In this document: in pieces, positions 27,017 to 36,170 of the stretch | Numbering within the stretch: position 1 is the stretch's first letter | How the letters are laid out: each line of letters starts with the position of its first letter | NCBI GenBank assembly: GCA_964407925.1 | Contig: CAYOXM010000002.1 | Coordinates: 1,046-65,045, forward strand | From: an uncultured Gammaproteobacteria bacterium | GTDB taxonomy: Bacteria; Patescibacteriota; Patescibacteriia; SG8-24 | Direction: 5' to 3' | Length of the DNA stretch: 64,000 nt | Position numbers and translations under genes: made by a program | The notes under the pieces: generated by a model | What the model saw: only the letters and a program-made list of their open reading frames with translations | The model's database searches: none | What the model was told of the DNA's origin: nothing

Positions 27017-28513
27017 ATGGCACGCATTGAACGAGGAAATCCGTTCGCCACGCTGACTGCGGCGTTCCTGGGGCTGTCGCTCCTGTTTCCGGCATTGCCG
27101 GCGGCCGCGCAGGAAGTGCCGTCCGCGGAACCTCCTCCGGCGGCGGCCGCGCCGGTCCGTCCGCCGTCGCTCATGGACGCGGTCCGTCGCGCCAAACCGC
27201 TCCTCGAGGAGCGGCGGAAGGAGCGTGTGGCGCTGCAGAAGCAACCCTACGTCGTCGCCGCTCGTCCCGCGGCCGTCGACATCGTGCTTGCGGTATGGGA
27301 TCGCGACACGGACCAGATTACGCTGGTCGATGCGGAAAAAAGCGGTTCACGGCTCACCGTTAAACCTCCGTCAGCGCTCAGGATAAAGGTGACGTTCGAC
27401 AGTCGCGTCTACTCGCAGTATGCGCTTCCGCCGGAAGACAACGCCGTCGTCGTCGGCGTCGTTTACCCCAGTTTCACGAAAGTTACGGTAAAGAAAAAAA
27501 CGGCTTATGAGGGGCGCGACGTCGTGTACGTCCCGTATACGAAGGAGTTTTTCGTGCCTGAAGTGCTTTCCGCCGGCTCCGACTACCTGTCATTCCTCAT
27601 CCAGGACGCGTTCGACGAGCTTCGTGCGAAGGGCATCCGTTCCCGCGCCTTTCCGGACAAGCTGGTCGCCGACGTCATCGATCCGTACCTCATCAAGTCC
27701 ATCGTCGTCATCGAGCATACCGATCATGCCTCGCTCCTGCGCGAAGACAATCCCGAACGGACGCTCGGCATTTTCCTCGCCAAGCTCGCGCTGAACGGCG
27801 ATGACGCGTTCGGCGTCGATCGGTCGACTGCGGGCGCGGTCGGCCTCGTGCAGTTCATACCGTCGACCTATTCGCTGTACGTGAAGAACCGGAAGGACCT
27901 CGAGCTCATTCCCGACTTCGCGCGCGGCATGGCGGACCACAAGAACGCCGTGAAGGCGGAGGTAGCCTATCTTGATCAGAGCTTGGCCGAACTGCCGCAA
28001 AAGGTCCGGGACACCTACCTCGGCGACAAGGTGAAGGCGGCGGAGTTCCTCGCCGCGGCCTACAACGGCGGTTCGACCCGCGTGAAGAGGGCGATTGCCG
28101 CGTTCGGGGAAGACTGGGCGAGTTCGCGCGCCGCGCCGCTCGCCTCGGCACGCGCCGAGTACGACCGGCTCATCGTGCGCGGCGAGGCCGTGAAGGCGAA
28201 GATGCGCAAGGCGGACGCGAAGTCCCTTGCGAAGCTCGAGGCCGAGCTCGCCGACATCCGAAGGACGTACAAGCCGATCAAGGCGAAAATCGCGCAATAC
28301 GAGTCCGCGGCGCTGAGGACGGAGACGGTCAATTACGTCGCCAAACTTCGCGCGACCTACGGCATGTTCACGGCGGGGATGTTCGCGACGCCGAATGCCC
28401 CGTCTGGCGCCCTGCCGGCCCGCGCGGTATCGACGGATCGGCCCGCGCCATTGGCGCTCGTCCCCGCCGCGCAAATCTGTTTCGGCGACGGCGGCTGCGC
28501 GGCAGCGCAATGA
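27017..28513 (+). CDS. Secreted lytic-transglycosylase (SLT-domain)-like protein.
   Basis: Signal peptide; GAVGLVQFIPSTY (compare SLT GLMQ) and AAYNGGSTRV (compare AYNAG). Confidence 0.5.
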   Translation: MARIERGNPFATLTAAFLGLSLLFPALPAAAQEVPSAEPPPAAAAPVRPPSLMDAVRRAKPLLEERRKERVALQKQPYVVAARPAAVDIVLAVWDRDTDQITLVDAEKSGSRLTVKPPSALRIKVTFDSRVYSQYALPPEDNAVVVGVVYPSFTKVTVKKKTAYEGRDVVYVPYTKEFFVPEVLSAGSDYLSFLIQDAFDELRAKGIRSRAFPDKLVADVIDPYLIKSIVVIEHTDHASLLREDNPERTLGIFLAKLALNGDDAFGVDRSTAGAVGLVQFIPSTYSLYVKNRKDLELIPDFARGMADHKNAVKAEVAYLDQSLAELPQKVRDTYLGDKVKAAEFLAAAYNGGSTRVKRAIAAFGEDWASSRAAPLASARAEYDRLIVRGEAVKAKMRKADAKSLAKLEAELADIRRTYKPIKAKIAQYESAALRTETVNYVAKLRATYGMFTAGMFATPNAPSGALPARAVSTDRPAPLALVPAAQICFGDGGCAAAQ

Positions 28514-28516
28514 CCT

Positions 28517-29017
28517 ATGCGACCCGTGGGCAGGGGATTCTCGCTCATCGAGATGCTGGTGGTCGTCGCCATCATCGGCGTCCTGTCGACCGTCGTGATG
28601 TTTGCGGTCTCCACGGTGACGAAGAAAGGGCGGGACGCGAAACGCAAGGCGACGGTTTCTCAGATCGGGCGATTTTTCGCCGGCGAAACCTGTTTTATGC
28701 CGGAGAGCGGGCCGGGGCAATACGACATCGCGGACCTTTGGATTGAAATACAGGCGAAAAATCCGCAGTACGCGCAATTCCTCGCGGCAATTCCCTATGA
28801 TCCGCTCGCGCGGACGTCGGGAACGTCGAGATACGGATACACGGTAAGCCAAGACGGAGACGCGTGCGCGCTCTACGCGAACCTCGAGTTCGGCGGGGAA
28901 CCGACGACGCTCGATGGTTTGCCGGGGCCCACACCGGGCGCCGGCTCCGGAGTGCTCAAGGGCACGACGGACGGTCCGAACGGCACCCCTGTCTGGTTCC
29001 AAATCACCAATAAATAA
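28517..29017 (+). CDS. Prepilin-type N-terminal cleavage/methylation-domain protein (type IV pilin or pseudopilin-like).
   Basis: GFSLIEMLVVVAIIGVLS class-III signal-peptide motif. Confidence 0.65.
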   Translation: MRPVGRGFSLIEMLVVVAIIGVLSTVVMFAVSTVTKKGRDAKRKATVSQIGRFFAGETCFMPESGPGQYDIADLWIEIQAKNPQYAQFLAAIPYDPLARTSGTSRYGYTVSQDGDACALYANLEFGGEPTTLDGLPGPTPGAGSGVLKGTTDGPNGTPVWFQITNK

Positions 29018-29060
29018 AATAACCCCCACACCAATGCATTGGTGTGGGGGCGTTCGTTTC
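29011..29060. terminator. Bidirectional intrinsic terminator (cccccacaccaatgcattggtgtggggg).
   Basis: Perfect 12-bp palindromic stem flanked by an A-rich 5' side and a T-containing 3' side, between the convergent pilin and pepF genes. Confidence 0.6.
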
Positions 29061-30924
29061 AGGGATTGACGCCCATCTCCTTCGAGAGCGCCTCGGCTTC
29101 CGCGACCATGCGGCCCATGCTCACCTCGATGCCGGCCGCCCAGAACTTCGGGTCAGTCGGATCGAGGCCGAAGGGCGCGAGGAGCGCGACGCAGTCCTTG
29201 GTGCTGCCGGCGCGCAGCAGGTCCAGGTAGAGCGGCTCGAACCGTTCGCCGAGCCGCTCGCGCGCCGCGTAGAGCGACTGCGTGAGCAGCTCGCCGAACG
29301 CGTAGGCGTAGACGTAGAACGGGCGGTGGAAGTGCGAGATGTACGCCCAGAGGTGCTCGGTGTCCTCGTAGGTGAACACTTCGCCGGATTCCCCGTAGTA
29401 CCGCCGCGTCACTTCGGACCAGAGCTTGTCGAGGTCTTCGGCGGAGCGCCGCTCGGTCTCGAGGCGGACAAACGCGTCCCCGTCGTGGCCGTGAAGCGCG
29501 CGCTCGAAGTCCGAGAAGCTGATCTGCCGGACGACGGTGTTGGTGATGCCGTCGAGCTTGTCCATGACGAGCGAGAGTACCGCCTTCGCGTCGCCCTTCT
29601 TCGCGAGTTCGGCCTTCAGGAAGTTGAAGGTCGTCATTTCGCCGAAGACCGAGGCGGTTTCGGCGTACGCCATCGGCGCGTGCATCTGGAGCTCGCCTTG
29701 CGTTTCGCCGGCCAGGAGCCCGTGGACGCCGTGACCGAGCTCGTGCGCCAGCGTCATCACGTCATCGCTTGTCCCCAGGAAATTGAGGAAGGTGAACGAG
29801 ACGGGCTTGCCGCCGGGGAGGCAGATGGAGTAGTTGTACGCGCCGCCCTGCTTGCCCGGCTGCGCGGGCGCGTCGATGCGACGGGCCGCGATCGTTTGCT
29901 CGACGAGAGATGCCAGCGTCGGACTGAAACTCCTGTACGCGGCGACGACCGTCGACACGGCCTTGTCCCAAGGGACGATCGTGGCGTCGGCGAACGGCAT
30001 CGGGGCGTTACGATCGCTCCAGCGGAGCGTCTTCATGCCGAGATGCGCGGCCTTCAGGCGGTAGTAGCGGCGCGCGAGCGGCGCGGCGACGTCCCGTACG
30101 GCGGCATGGAGCGACTCCACCACCGCATCCGGGATCCTGCTGCTCTTGTTCCGCGACTCCATCGGGTGCTTGTAGCCGCGCTCGCGATCCTCGACCTCTT
30201 TCGAGGCGGAAACCATGTGCAGCGTCTGCGCGGAATACTTGGCGAACGCGCCACCGAGCCCCGCGTTGACCGCCTTCATCGCTTCGGCGCGCGTCGCGCC
30301 GTCCGGATCGTTGTTCATGAGACTCACCATCTCGGTGAGCGTCTTCGATTCGCCGCGGAAGGGGAACCGGAGGTCCGCCTCCACCTCGTCGAAAAACTCC
30401 GACCAGGCGCCGGCGCCGAACTGGCCGCGCTTGGTGAGCGCGCCCTCGACCTCCTCCTTGAGCAGGTGCGGCTTGAAGACGCGAGCAAGCGAAATCCACG
30501 GCGCATGGCGCGCGACGGTCGCGTCATTCGCGACGAGCGACGCGACCACGTCGTCGCCGAGCGCCACGAGTTCGTGATCGAAGAAGTTGAGATACTCGCC
30601 GGACGCGAGGTTCATCGCCTTCTCGGTTTTCGCCATCGCCTTCTTCACCGCGTCGTCCGCGGTGTTCACCGAGGAGCGCAGGAACAGGTACACCTGGATC
30701 TTGTTGCCGAGCGACGCAAGGTTCGCGTAGTCGGCGATCGCCTTGCCGAGCGTTTCGGCGAGGCGTCCCTTGTGTTCCGCGTGGAACGCCTTCGCGGCCG
30801 CGACCCACGTCTCAACGTCGGAAAAGAGCTTGGGGTCGGTCGGTCCGGAATACAGGAAAGAGAGGTCCCAGCGGACGTCCTCGGCACCGGTACGCTTGTC
30901 CTTGTCGGTCATCGAATCCTCCAT
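29059..30924 (-). CDS. pepF: Oligoendopeptidase F (M3 family).
   Basis: HELGHGVH zinc-binding motif; 621 aa. Confidence 0.8.
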   Translation of the reverse strand: MEDSMTDKDKRTGAEDVRWDLSFLYSGPTDPKLFSDVETWVAAAKAFHAEHKGRLAETLGKAIADYANLASLGNKIQVYLFLRSSVNTADDAVKKAMAKTEKAMNLASGEYLNFFDHELVALGDDVVASLVANDATVARHAPWISLARVFKPHLLKEEVEGALTKRGQFGAGAWSEFFDEVEADLRFPFRGESKTLTEMVSLMNNDPDGATRAEAMKAVNAGLGGAFAKYSAQTLHMVSASKEVEDRERGYKHPMESRNKSSRIPDAVVESLHAAVRDVAAPLARRYYRLKAAHLGMKTLRWSDRNAPMPFADATIVPWDKAVSTVVAAYRSFSPTLASLVEQTIAARRIDAPAQPGKQGGAYNYSICLPGGKPVSFTFLNFLGTSDDVMTLAHELGHGVHGLLAGETQGELQMHAPMAYAETASVFGEMTTFNFLKAELAKKGDAKAVLSLVMDKLDGITNTVVRQISFSDFERALHGHDGDAFVRLETERRSAEDLDKLWSEVTRRYYGESGEVFTYEDTEHLWAYISHFHRPFYVYAYAFGELLTQSLYAARERLGERFEPLYLDLLRAGSTKDCVALLAPFGLDPTDPKFWAAGIEVSMGRMVAEAEALSKEMGVNP

Positions 30925-31031
30925 GACGGTCGTTGAGAAAAGACCATGGCGGCATGGTCGTGAATATGCGTCATTGTGTCAAATCCGGCGGTTTGCGCCA
31001 ACCCGTCGTTTTCCGACGCCGCGATTTGGGG

Positions 31032-31037
31032 TACGCT
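31032..31037 (+). promoter_or_regulatory. -10 element TACGCT ending 6 nt before the ATG at 31044 (leaderless arrangement).
   Basis: Sequence motif. Confidence 0.35.
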
Positions 31038-31043
31038 ACGCGC

Positions 31044-31610
31044 ATGAAGGACGTATTCGTCATGGGGGATGGCAGCAAAAGCATCGCCATCGAACGGAAG
31101 CGAAACCCCCGCGGCCGGCGGGCTTGGCTGACGGTGCATCCCGACGGACGCGCCGTGTTGTCGCTGCCGCGCTGGATGGACGACGCCGAGGCCGAGCGGT
31201 TCGTTCGCGCGCAGGAGGCGTGGCTGCGGAGGCAGTTGGCTCGCGTCAGCCGGTTCAAGCATGACACCTTTCTTCCGCACGACCGGCGTTCGTATCTCGC
31301 GCGGAAAGAAGAGGCACGGGCGCTCGTCCACGCATGCATAGAAAAGGTGAACGCCGCGTACGGCCTCAGTTTCGGACGCGTGTTCATCAAGGATCTGCGA
31401 CGGAATTGGGGCAGCTGCTCGGAAAAGGGGAACCTGAATTTCAATTACAAGCTCGTATACCTGCCCGTTCGGCTCGCGGAGTATGTCGTTGCGCACGAAT
31501 TGTGCCACCTCGCGCATTTCGACCACTCGGAAAAATTTTGGACGCTCGTGGCGCGGACGTTCCCCGATCACCGCGAACTGCGCCGGACGCTTCGGACGTA
31601 CCACTCCTGA
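31044..31610 (+). CDS. YgjP-like M48/SprT-family metal-dependent hydrolase (DUF45).
   Basis: HELCHLAHFDHSEKFW motif. Confidence 0.7.
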   Translation: MKDVFVMGDGSKSIAIERKRNPRGRRAWLTVHPDGRAVLSLPRWMDDAEAERFVRAQEAWLRRQLARVSRFKHDTFLPHDRRSYLARKEEARALVHACIEKVNAAYGLSFGRVFIKDLRRNWGSCSEKGNLNFNYKLVYLPVRLAEYVVAHELCHLAHFDHSEKFWTLVARTFPDHRELRRTLRTYHS

Positions 31611-31614
31611 CGGC

Positions 31615-31648
31615 AAAGAAAAAAGCCCGCGTGCGGGCTCGGTTTCAG
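31615..31648. terminator. Bidirectional intrinsic terminator (aaaaaagcccgc-gtg-cgggctcggttt).
   Basis: Hairpin between convergent genes. Confidence 0.55.
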
Positions 31649-32214
31649 CGCAGGGCCGCGCTGCGGGCGATCCTGTCGATGTCGGCGGTCATCGCGGCGC
31701 TCGTCTCGGGCGGCCAGATGCCGGAGACGACGATCATGCGTTCGGGCTGCGTCGGGAACCGGACGAGCACGACTCTTCCCTGCGCGGCGACGGGCCGCAG
31801 CTTCGCGGGGTGGCGCGTCCATGAGAACCACGCCATATCGCCGCTCGCCGTCGAGACGATGAGCGATGTCGTGACGTTTCCGTCCGTTATGGCCGCGACC
31901 ATGCGCTCGGCGTGATCCGCGAGCGCGACGTCGCCGGTATTCCGGAGCGTGACGGCGATGAGCGCCTTGCCCGACTCGTGGACGTAAACGATGTCCGCGC
32001 CCGGCGCCTCGTCGCGGGAGGCGGATTCTCCCCATGCCGGCGGCGTCCACGCGAGAATCTGCGGACGGCGGTACGGGTCGGCGGCGAAAGGCGAATCGAC
32101 CGCCGTGGTCGCGGGAATGAGAGGCGGTGCGGCAGTAACGGCGGGAGCCGGCGGGGTCGCCGCGCAACCGGCAAGAAACAGGCAGGAAATCGCGGTAGCG
32201 GCTTTCGGTCTCAT
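31645..32214 (-). CDS. Lipoprotein of unknown function; paralog of the gene at 32354-32959.
   Basis: Lipobox LFLAGC. Shared motif G(D/N)(M/L)AWF(S/T)W(T/N) with the neighbouring gene. Confidence 0.5.
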   Translation of the reverse strand: MRPKAATAISCLFLAGCAATPPAPAVTAAPPLIPATTAVDSPFAADPYRRPQILAWTPPAWGESASRDEAPGADIVYVHESGKALIAVTLRNTGDVALADHAERMVAAITDGNVTTSLIVSTASGDMAWFSWTRHPAKLRPVAAQGRVVLVRFPTQPERMIVVSGIWPPETSAAMTADIDRIARSAALR

Positions 32215-32353
32215 CGCGTCGCTCCTCTAAAAGGACAGGTTTGGCCGCACGCTAGCACGTCGTCGCCGTAAGGGGAAGGGGGGATGGTTCGACCGGCGGC
32301 GGCGTAAAAAAAGGACCCATCCCGAAGGAGGGGTCCGTGACGCGGAGCGCCGG

Positions 32354-32959
32354 TCACTGGTAGCTGAAGCTCGCGGCGGCCTCGTCGAGGTCTTTCGCGT
32401 TCTCCTTGTTGTTCGCCTTGTCCCACATGCCGAGGAGCTCCACGGTGACGTCCGCGGTGTCGGCGGTCTTGGGGATGTGCCGGACGACGACCTTGCCGCA
32501 CTGCGGTTTGCCCTCTCCGGCGGCGGGGTTGTTCCAGGTGAACCAGGCGAGGTTGCCGTCGGCGGACTTCTCCACCTTGCCGGCCTTCACACCCTTGGCC
32601 TGAGCGACCGCCTTGCGCGTCTCCTCGGCCTCTTCGGCCGCGGACTTCTCGCGCGTGGCGTAGATGTCCACCAGGATCATGCCCTTCTTCGGCGGGTTGA
32701 GCAGGACGGCGTCGATGTCCTCCGGGGCGCCGACCATGCTCGGGGGGATCCGCGCCCAGCCGCCGGGGATCTTCATCTGGAGCGTCTTCTTCGCCTTGGG
32801 CGGCGGCGGAGGCGTCTCGTTCTGATGCGCGGGCGGCGGTTCTGCCGCCGGCGCGGGTGCGGCGGGCGCCGCCTTGGGGTCCGCCGCAGGGGGCGGCTTG
32901 GTGCTCGCGCAGGCGGCGAGCAGGGTGGCGGCGAGAATCAGTGCCGGCGTATGACGCAT
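32354..32959 (-). CDS. Lipoprotein of unknown function with a Pro/Ala-rich linker; paralog of the gene at 31645-32214.
   Basis: Start at MRHTPALILAATLLAAC (lipobox LLAAC). Confidence 0.5.
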   Translation of the reverse strand: MRHTPALILAATLLAACASTKPPPAADPKAAPAAPAPAAEPPPAHQNETPPPPPKAKKTLQMKIPGGWARIPPSMVGAPEDIDAVLLNPPKKGMILVDIYATREKSAAEEAEETRKAVAQAKGVKAGKVEKSADGNLAWFTWNNPAAGEGKPQCGKVVVRHIPKTADTADVTVELLGMWDKANNKENAKDLDEAAASFSYQ

Positions 32960-33102
32960 CGGTCTCTCCTTGTCTGGAAAATGAACGGGCATGCCATGGT
33001 GGCGCGCCGCTTTGACGATAGCATAGCGTCAAATGCCGTCCACTCCGAGGCATGGACCTTGATTTTTTCGCGAAAACGTGTACGGTTTACGCGGAGGCCG
33101 TC

Positions 33103-33480
33103 ATGAACAAGACGCCGATCTTTTTTGCCCTCATGCTCGCCGTCGCGCTCGCCTTGAGCGGTTGCACCGTCTATACGACTTCGCGTCCCGTGTACGTGGA
33201 ACGGCGGATCGCGTGGCAACCGACGTACGTCCACACCTATGCGCACGGCTGCTGGGCCGACGACATCTGGTACGCGCCCTGTCCGGTCGCGCCTGGAGCA
33301 CCCTACGGTTACTACGTCTACGTCGACGGCTGTTACCGCTGGCACAACCACGTCGTCTGGGAGTACCGACTCGGACATCCGCCGCCGCGATGGGGCCACC
33401 ACCCGCCACCCCCGTCCCGCGGCCACCGCCGATACGAGCCGGCACATCCGCACCGCACCCCTCCGCCACGGAGGTTCTAA
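33103..33480 (+). CDS. Tyr/His/Pro/Trp-rich lipoprotein.
   Basis: MNKTPIFFALMLAVALALSGC lipobox; unusual composition. Confidence 0.4.
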   Translation: MNKTPIFFALMLAVALALSGCTVYTTSRPVYVERRIAWQPTYVHTYAHGCWADDIWYAPCPVAPGAPYGYYVYVDGCYRWHNHVVWEYRLGHPPPRWGHHPPPPSRGHRRYEPAHPHRTPPPRRF

Positions 33481-33484
33481 CGTC

Positions 33485-33516
33485 AGAAGCCGCTGCAAGC
33501 GGCTCTTTTTTTATTT
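33485..33516 (+). terminator. Intrinsic terminator (gaagccgc-tgca-agcggctc followed by TTTTTTTATTT).
   Basis: Hairpin plus T-run. Confidence 0.6.
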
Positions 33517-33550
33517 GGAGCATGACGGGCGTCGCGGCTCCTGCTATGCT

Positions 33551-34789
33551 ATGGACATTGATTCATCGACATGCATCAACATGTACACCACGTTCCTGCT
33601 TCAGGCGCTCTCCGCGGTCGTCGGCGTCGCGGCGACCTTCCTCGTCGTAAAGGGAATGCTCAGTATCCGAAAAAGGGCTGACCGCGGCACGCGGACAACC
33701 ATCGACATCGGCGCCGGCGCGCTCATCGTCGCGGCGGTCGTGTACCTCGTTGCTGGCATCCCATACCCGTTGCACTTCGCCATGCCGCCGACGATGCACG
33801 CGATGACCAAGGACAAGCTGCCGGCATCGTTGCCGGTACCGTCCGTAATCCGCTTCCTCTGGAACAAGGATCGGTTTGAGAAAGTCGCCGACATCGGACG
33901 TGATCCGAACGCCGTGCCTGCGCCGATTGCACGACGGGAACCGTCGACGGTGAAAATTGACGTTCGCGCGAAGGAAGTCGTCGCCGAAATAGCGCCGGGA
34001 ATTTTCTTCAACTACTGGACCTACGACGGGCAGGTGCCCGGACCGATGTACCGGGTGCGTGCGGGCGATACCGTCGATCTCAGTTTGACCAATGATCCCA
34101 CCAGCCTGCATTCGCACAACATCGATCTGCACGCGGTCACGGGACCTGGCGGCGGCGCGGCGGTGACAGACGTCGCGCCGGGCGAGACCAAGTCCTTCCG
34201 CTGGCTCGCGAAGCATCCAGGACTGTACGAATATCACTGCGCGACCGCGAACGTCAGCACGCACAACGCGCACGGACAATACGGTCTCATCCTCGTCGAG
34301 CCCGAGGGCGGCCTCCCTCCGGTCGACAAGGAGTTCTATCTCGTGCAGGGAGAGTCCTATACCGCAGGAGGGATCGGGAAGAGGGGGATGCTGGCATTCG
34401 ACACGCGCGGCCTGATTGACGGCGAGCCGACCTATGTCACGTTCAACGGCAAGGTGGAACAGGCGCCGCGGATGAAAGCGCGCGTGGGCGACCGCATCCG
34501 CATGTACGTCGGCAACGGCGGCGTCAACCTGGTATCGTCGTTCCATGTCATCGGCGAGATTTTCGACACCGTCTACCCCGAAGCTGGGATGGGCGAAGGT
34601 TCGGCAGTCTTTAAGAACGTGCAGACGACAGCGGTGCTTCCTGGCGGCGCGACCGTCGTGGAATTCACGGTTGATGTTCCGGGCAAATACACCATCGTGG
34701 ATCACGCGCTCGCGCGGATGAACAAGGGTGCCTGGGCGGTTCTCGAGGTGGAGGGCGAGCCGAATCCCTCGGTTTTCCAGCCCTTGTAG
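33551..34789 (+). CDS. nirK: Copper-containing nitrite reductase NirK (two-domain cupredoxin) with two N-terminal TM helices. An alternative start lies at 33581.
   Basis: HSHNIDLHAV type-2 Cu His motifs, HCATANV, HAHGQYGLILVEP. The TGCTATGCT -10 element directly abuts the ATG at 33551, so the ATG at 33581 (MYTTFLLQ) may be the true start. Confidence 0.75.
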   Translation: MDIDSSTCINMYTTFLLQALSAVVGVAATFLVVKGMLSIRKRADRGTRTTIDIGAGALIVAAVVYLVAGIPYPLHFAMPPTMHAMTKDKLPASLPVPSVIRFLWNKDRFEKVADIGRDPNAVPAPIARREPSTVKIDVRAKEVVAEIAPGIFFNYWTYDGQVPGPMYRVRAGDTVDLSLTNDPTSLHSHNIDLHAVTGPGGGAAVTDVAPGETKSFRWLAKHPGLYEYHCATANVSTHNAHGQYGLILVEPEGGLPPVDKEFYLVQGESYTAGGIGKRGMLAFDTRGLIDGEPTYVTFNGKVEQAPRMKARVGDRIRMYVGNGGVNLVSSFHVIGEIFDTVYPEAGMGEGSAVFKNVQTTAVLPGGATVVEFTVDVPGKYTIVDHALARMNKGAWAVLEVEGEPNPSVFQPL

Positions 34790-34806
34790 GCGGCACCGCT
34801 CCCGAG

Positions 34807-34815
34807 TGGTACACT
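34807..34815 (+). promoter_or_regulatory. Extended -10 element TGGTACACT ending 7 nt before the ATG at 34823 (leaderless arrangement).
   Basis: Sequence motif. Confidence 0.4.
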
Positions 34816-34822
34816 CGGGCAT

Positions 34823-36130
34823 ATGAAACGACTGGTCGCCGCATCCATCGCCATCGCGCTCGTTTTAGGCGGAGCGTACGCGTTTTATGCGCGCATGCCG
34901 GGAAAATCGCCGACTGCAACGCCCGATGCCGTTATGCGTCAGTCAGACCCGCCAGCGCCGATTCAAGACGCGCCTCCCGCGGAGGTCGCCGCGCTGCCCG
35001 AACCTCCGGGCCAGCACGACGAGACGACCATGGCGCAGCCAGTCGCGTATTTTCCGCCGCCGACCGTCGACCTCACCGGCTCGAAACTCGGCAACCAGCG
35101 CGTACCGGGCACGGATGCCATCGGCGACATCCATAAGATCGTCTTTCATGATCCGACACAGTCGCTTTTCATGACCGTCATCGAGCCGGACGGGATGCGT
35201 TCGGTATGGCGACTTAACGAGCAGGGGAAGACGGAGCGCGTCTTCGCCGCGAACCCCTATCAAGGGGAAATCGACATCCAGGTCGACAGCAAGGGCATTC
35301 TCTACGTGCAGTACGACAACCCGTGGAGGCTGTACCGTTCGAAGGACGGACTCAAGACGTGGACCGAAGTGATGAAGGATGTCGGCATGTTCTGGCAGAT
35401 CGCCGATGACGGGAAGGGAAACGTCTACGGCACGATGCACGAGTACAACCGCGCCATACTGTACCGAAGCCAGGACGACGGTTTCACGTGGGAGGCATGG
35501 CGCGATTTTCAGAAGATTTTTCCCGAGTACGCGACGCGCTACGACGATACAGATACGCGGTACAGGCTGCGCCACCTTCACGGTCTCATCGTGAACGACA
35601 AGACGGGAGCCATCATCGTGGGCACGGGCGACGTCGCGCGGTTCGCCTTCCGTTCGGACGACGACGGCGCGACTTGGAAAAAAATCTGGGACGAAGGGTT
35701 TACCGCATCTGTCGCGATGTCCGGCGGCAACCGCTACCTGCTCGGCCCCGACCAGCTCCACGGCCACGGCATCGCGTTGTACGACGTGGCTGCGGACACG
35801 GTGAAGGAGGTCTGGAACCCGATTCCGCACAATTACGCCGGGTACACCTACAGCATGATCAACGTCGACGGCATCTATTACGCCGCGTTTCATACCGAAG
35901 CGAACGAAGTGGAGAGCGTCGTGCCGAAGTCCGGCCTCATCGCGTCGCCCGACGGCATCGCGTGGTACCCATTCCTCGAGTGGGCGCCGTTGTCGCATCA
36001 CGCCCGGACGAACTTATGGCTTGCCTCGGCGCCGTCACGCGTTTACGCGAGCCTGAACGGCCTGTTGTATGCCTTCACTCCGCTCGACCGCGAATGGTTC
36101 AGGACTCGCGACCCGTTTCCCGCGAAATGA
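34823..36130 (+). CDS. Exported BNR/Asp-box repeat beta-propeller protein (sialidase or Ycf48-like fold).
   Basis: N-terminal TM/signal segment. Three SxDxGxTW repeats (SKDGLKTW, SQDDGFTW, SDDDGATW). Confidence 0.55.
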   Translation: MKRLVAASIAIALVLGGAYAFYARMPGKSPTATPDAVMRQSDPPAPIQDAPPAEVAALPEPPGQHDETTMAQPVAYFPPPTVDLTGSKLGNQRVPGTDAIGDIHKIVFHDPTQSLFMTVIEPDGMRSVWRLNEQGKTERVFAANPYQGEIDIQVDSKGILYVQYDNPWRLYRSKDGLKTWTEVMKDVGMFWQIADDGKGNVYGTMHEYNRAILYRSQDDGFTWEAWRDFQKIFPEYATRYDDTDTRYRLRHLHGLIVNDKTGAIIVGTGDVARFAFRSDDDGATWKKIWDEGFTASVAMSGGNRYLLGPDQLHGHGIALYDVAADTVKEVWNPIPHNYAGYTYSMINVDGIYYAAFHTEANEVESVVPKSGLIASPDGIAWYPFLEWAPLSHHARTNLWLASAPSRVYASLNGLLYAFTPLDREWFRTRDPFPAK

Positions 36131-36136
36131 CGGGAC

Positions 36137-36170
36137 GAAAAAGCCGCCCGTGCAGGCGGCTTTTTCGTTT
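36137..36170. terminator. Bidirectional intrinsic terminator (aaaaagccgcc-cgtgc-aggcggcttttt).
   Basis: Hairpin between the convergent BNR and icd genes. Confidence 0.6.

Noticed and set aside
29044-30936. 630-aa plus-strand ORF antisense to pepF
   Set aside because: It mirrors pepF almost exactly; pepF has the HEXXH motif and a coherent M3 architecture.
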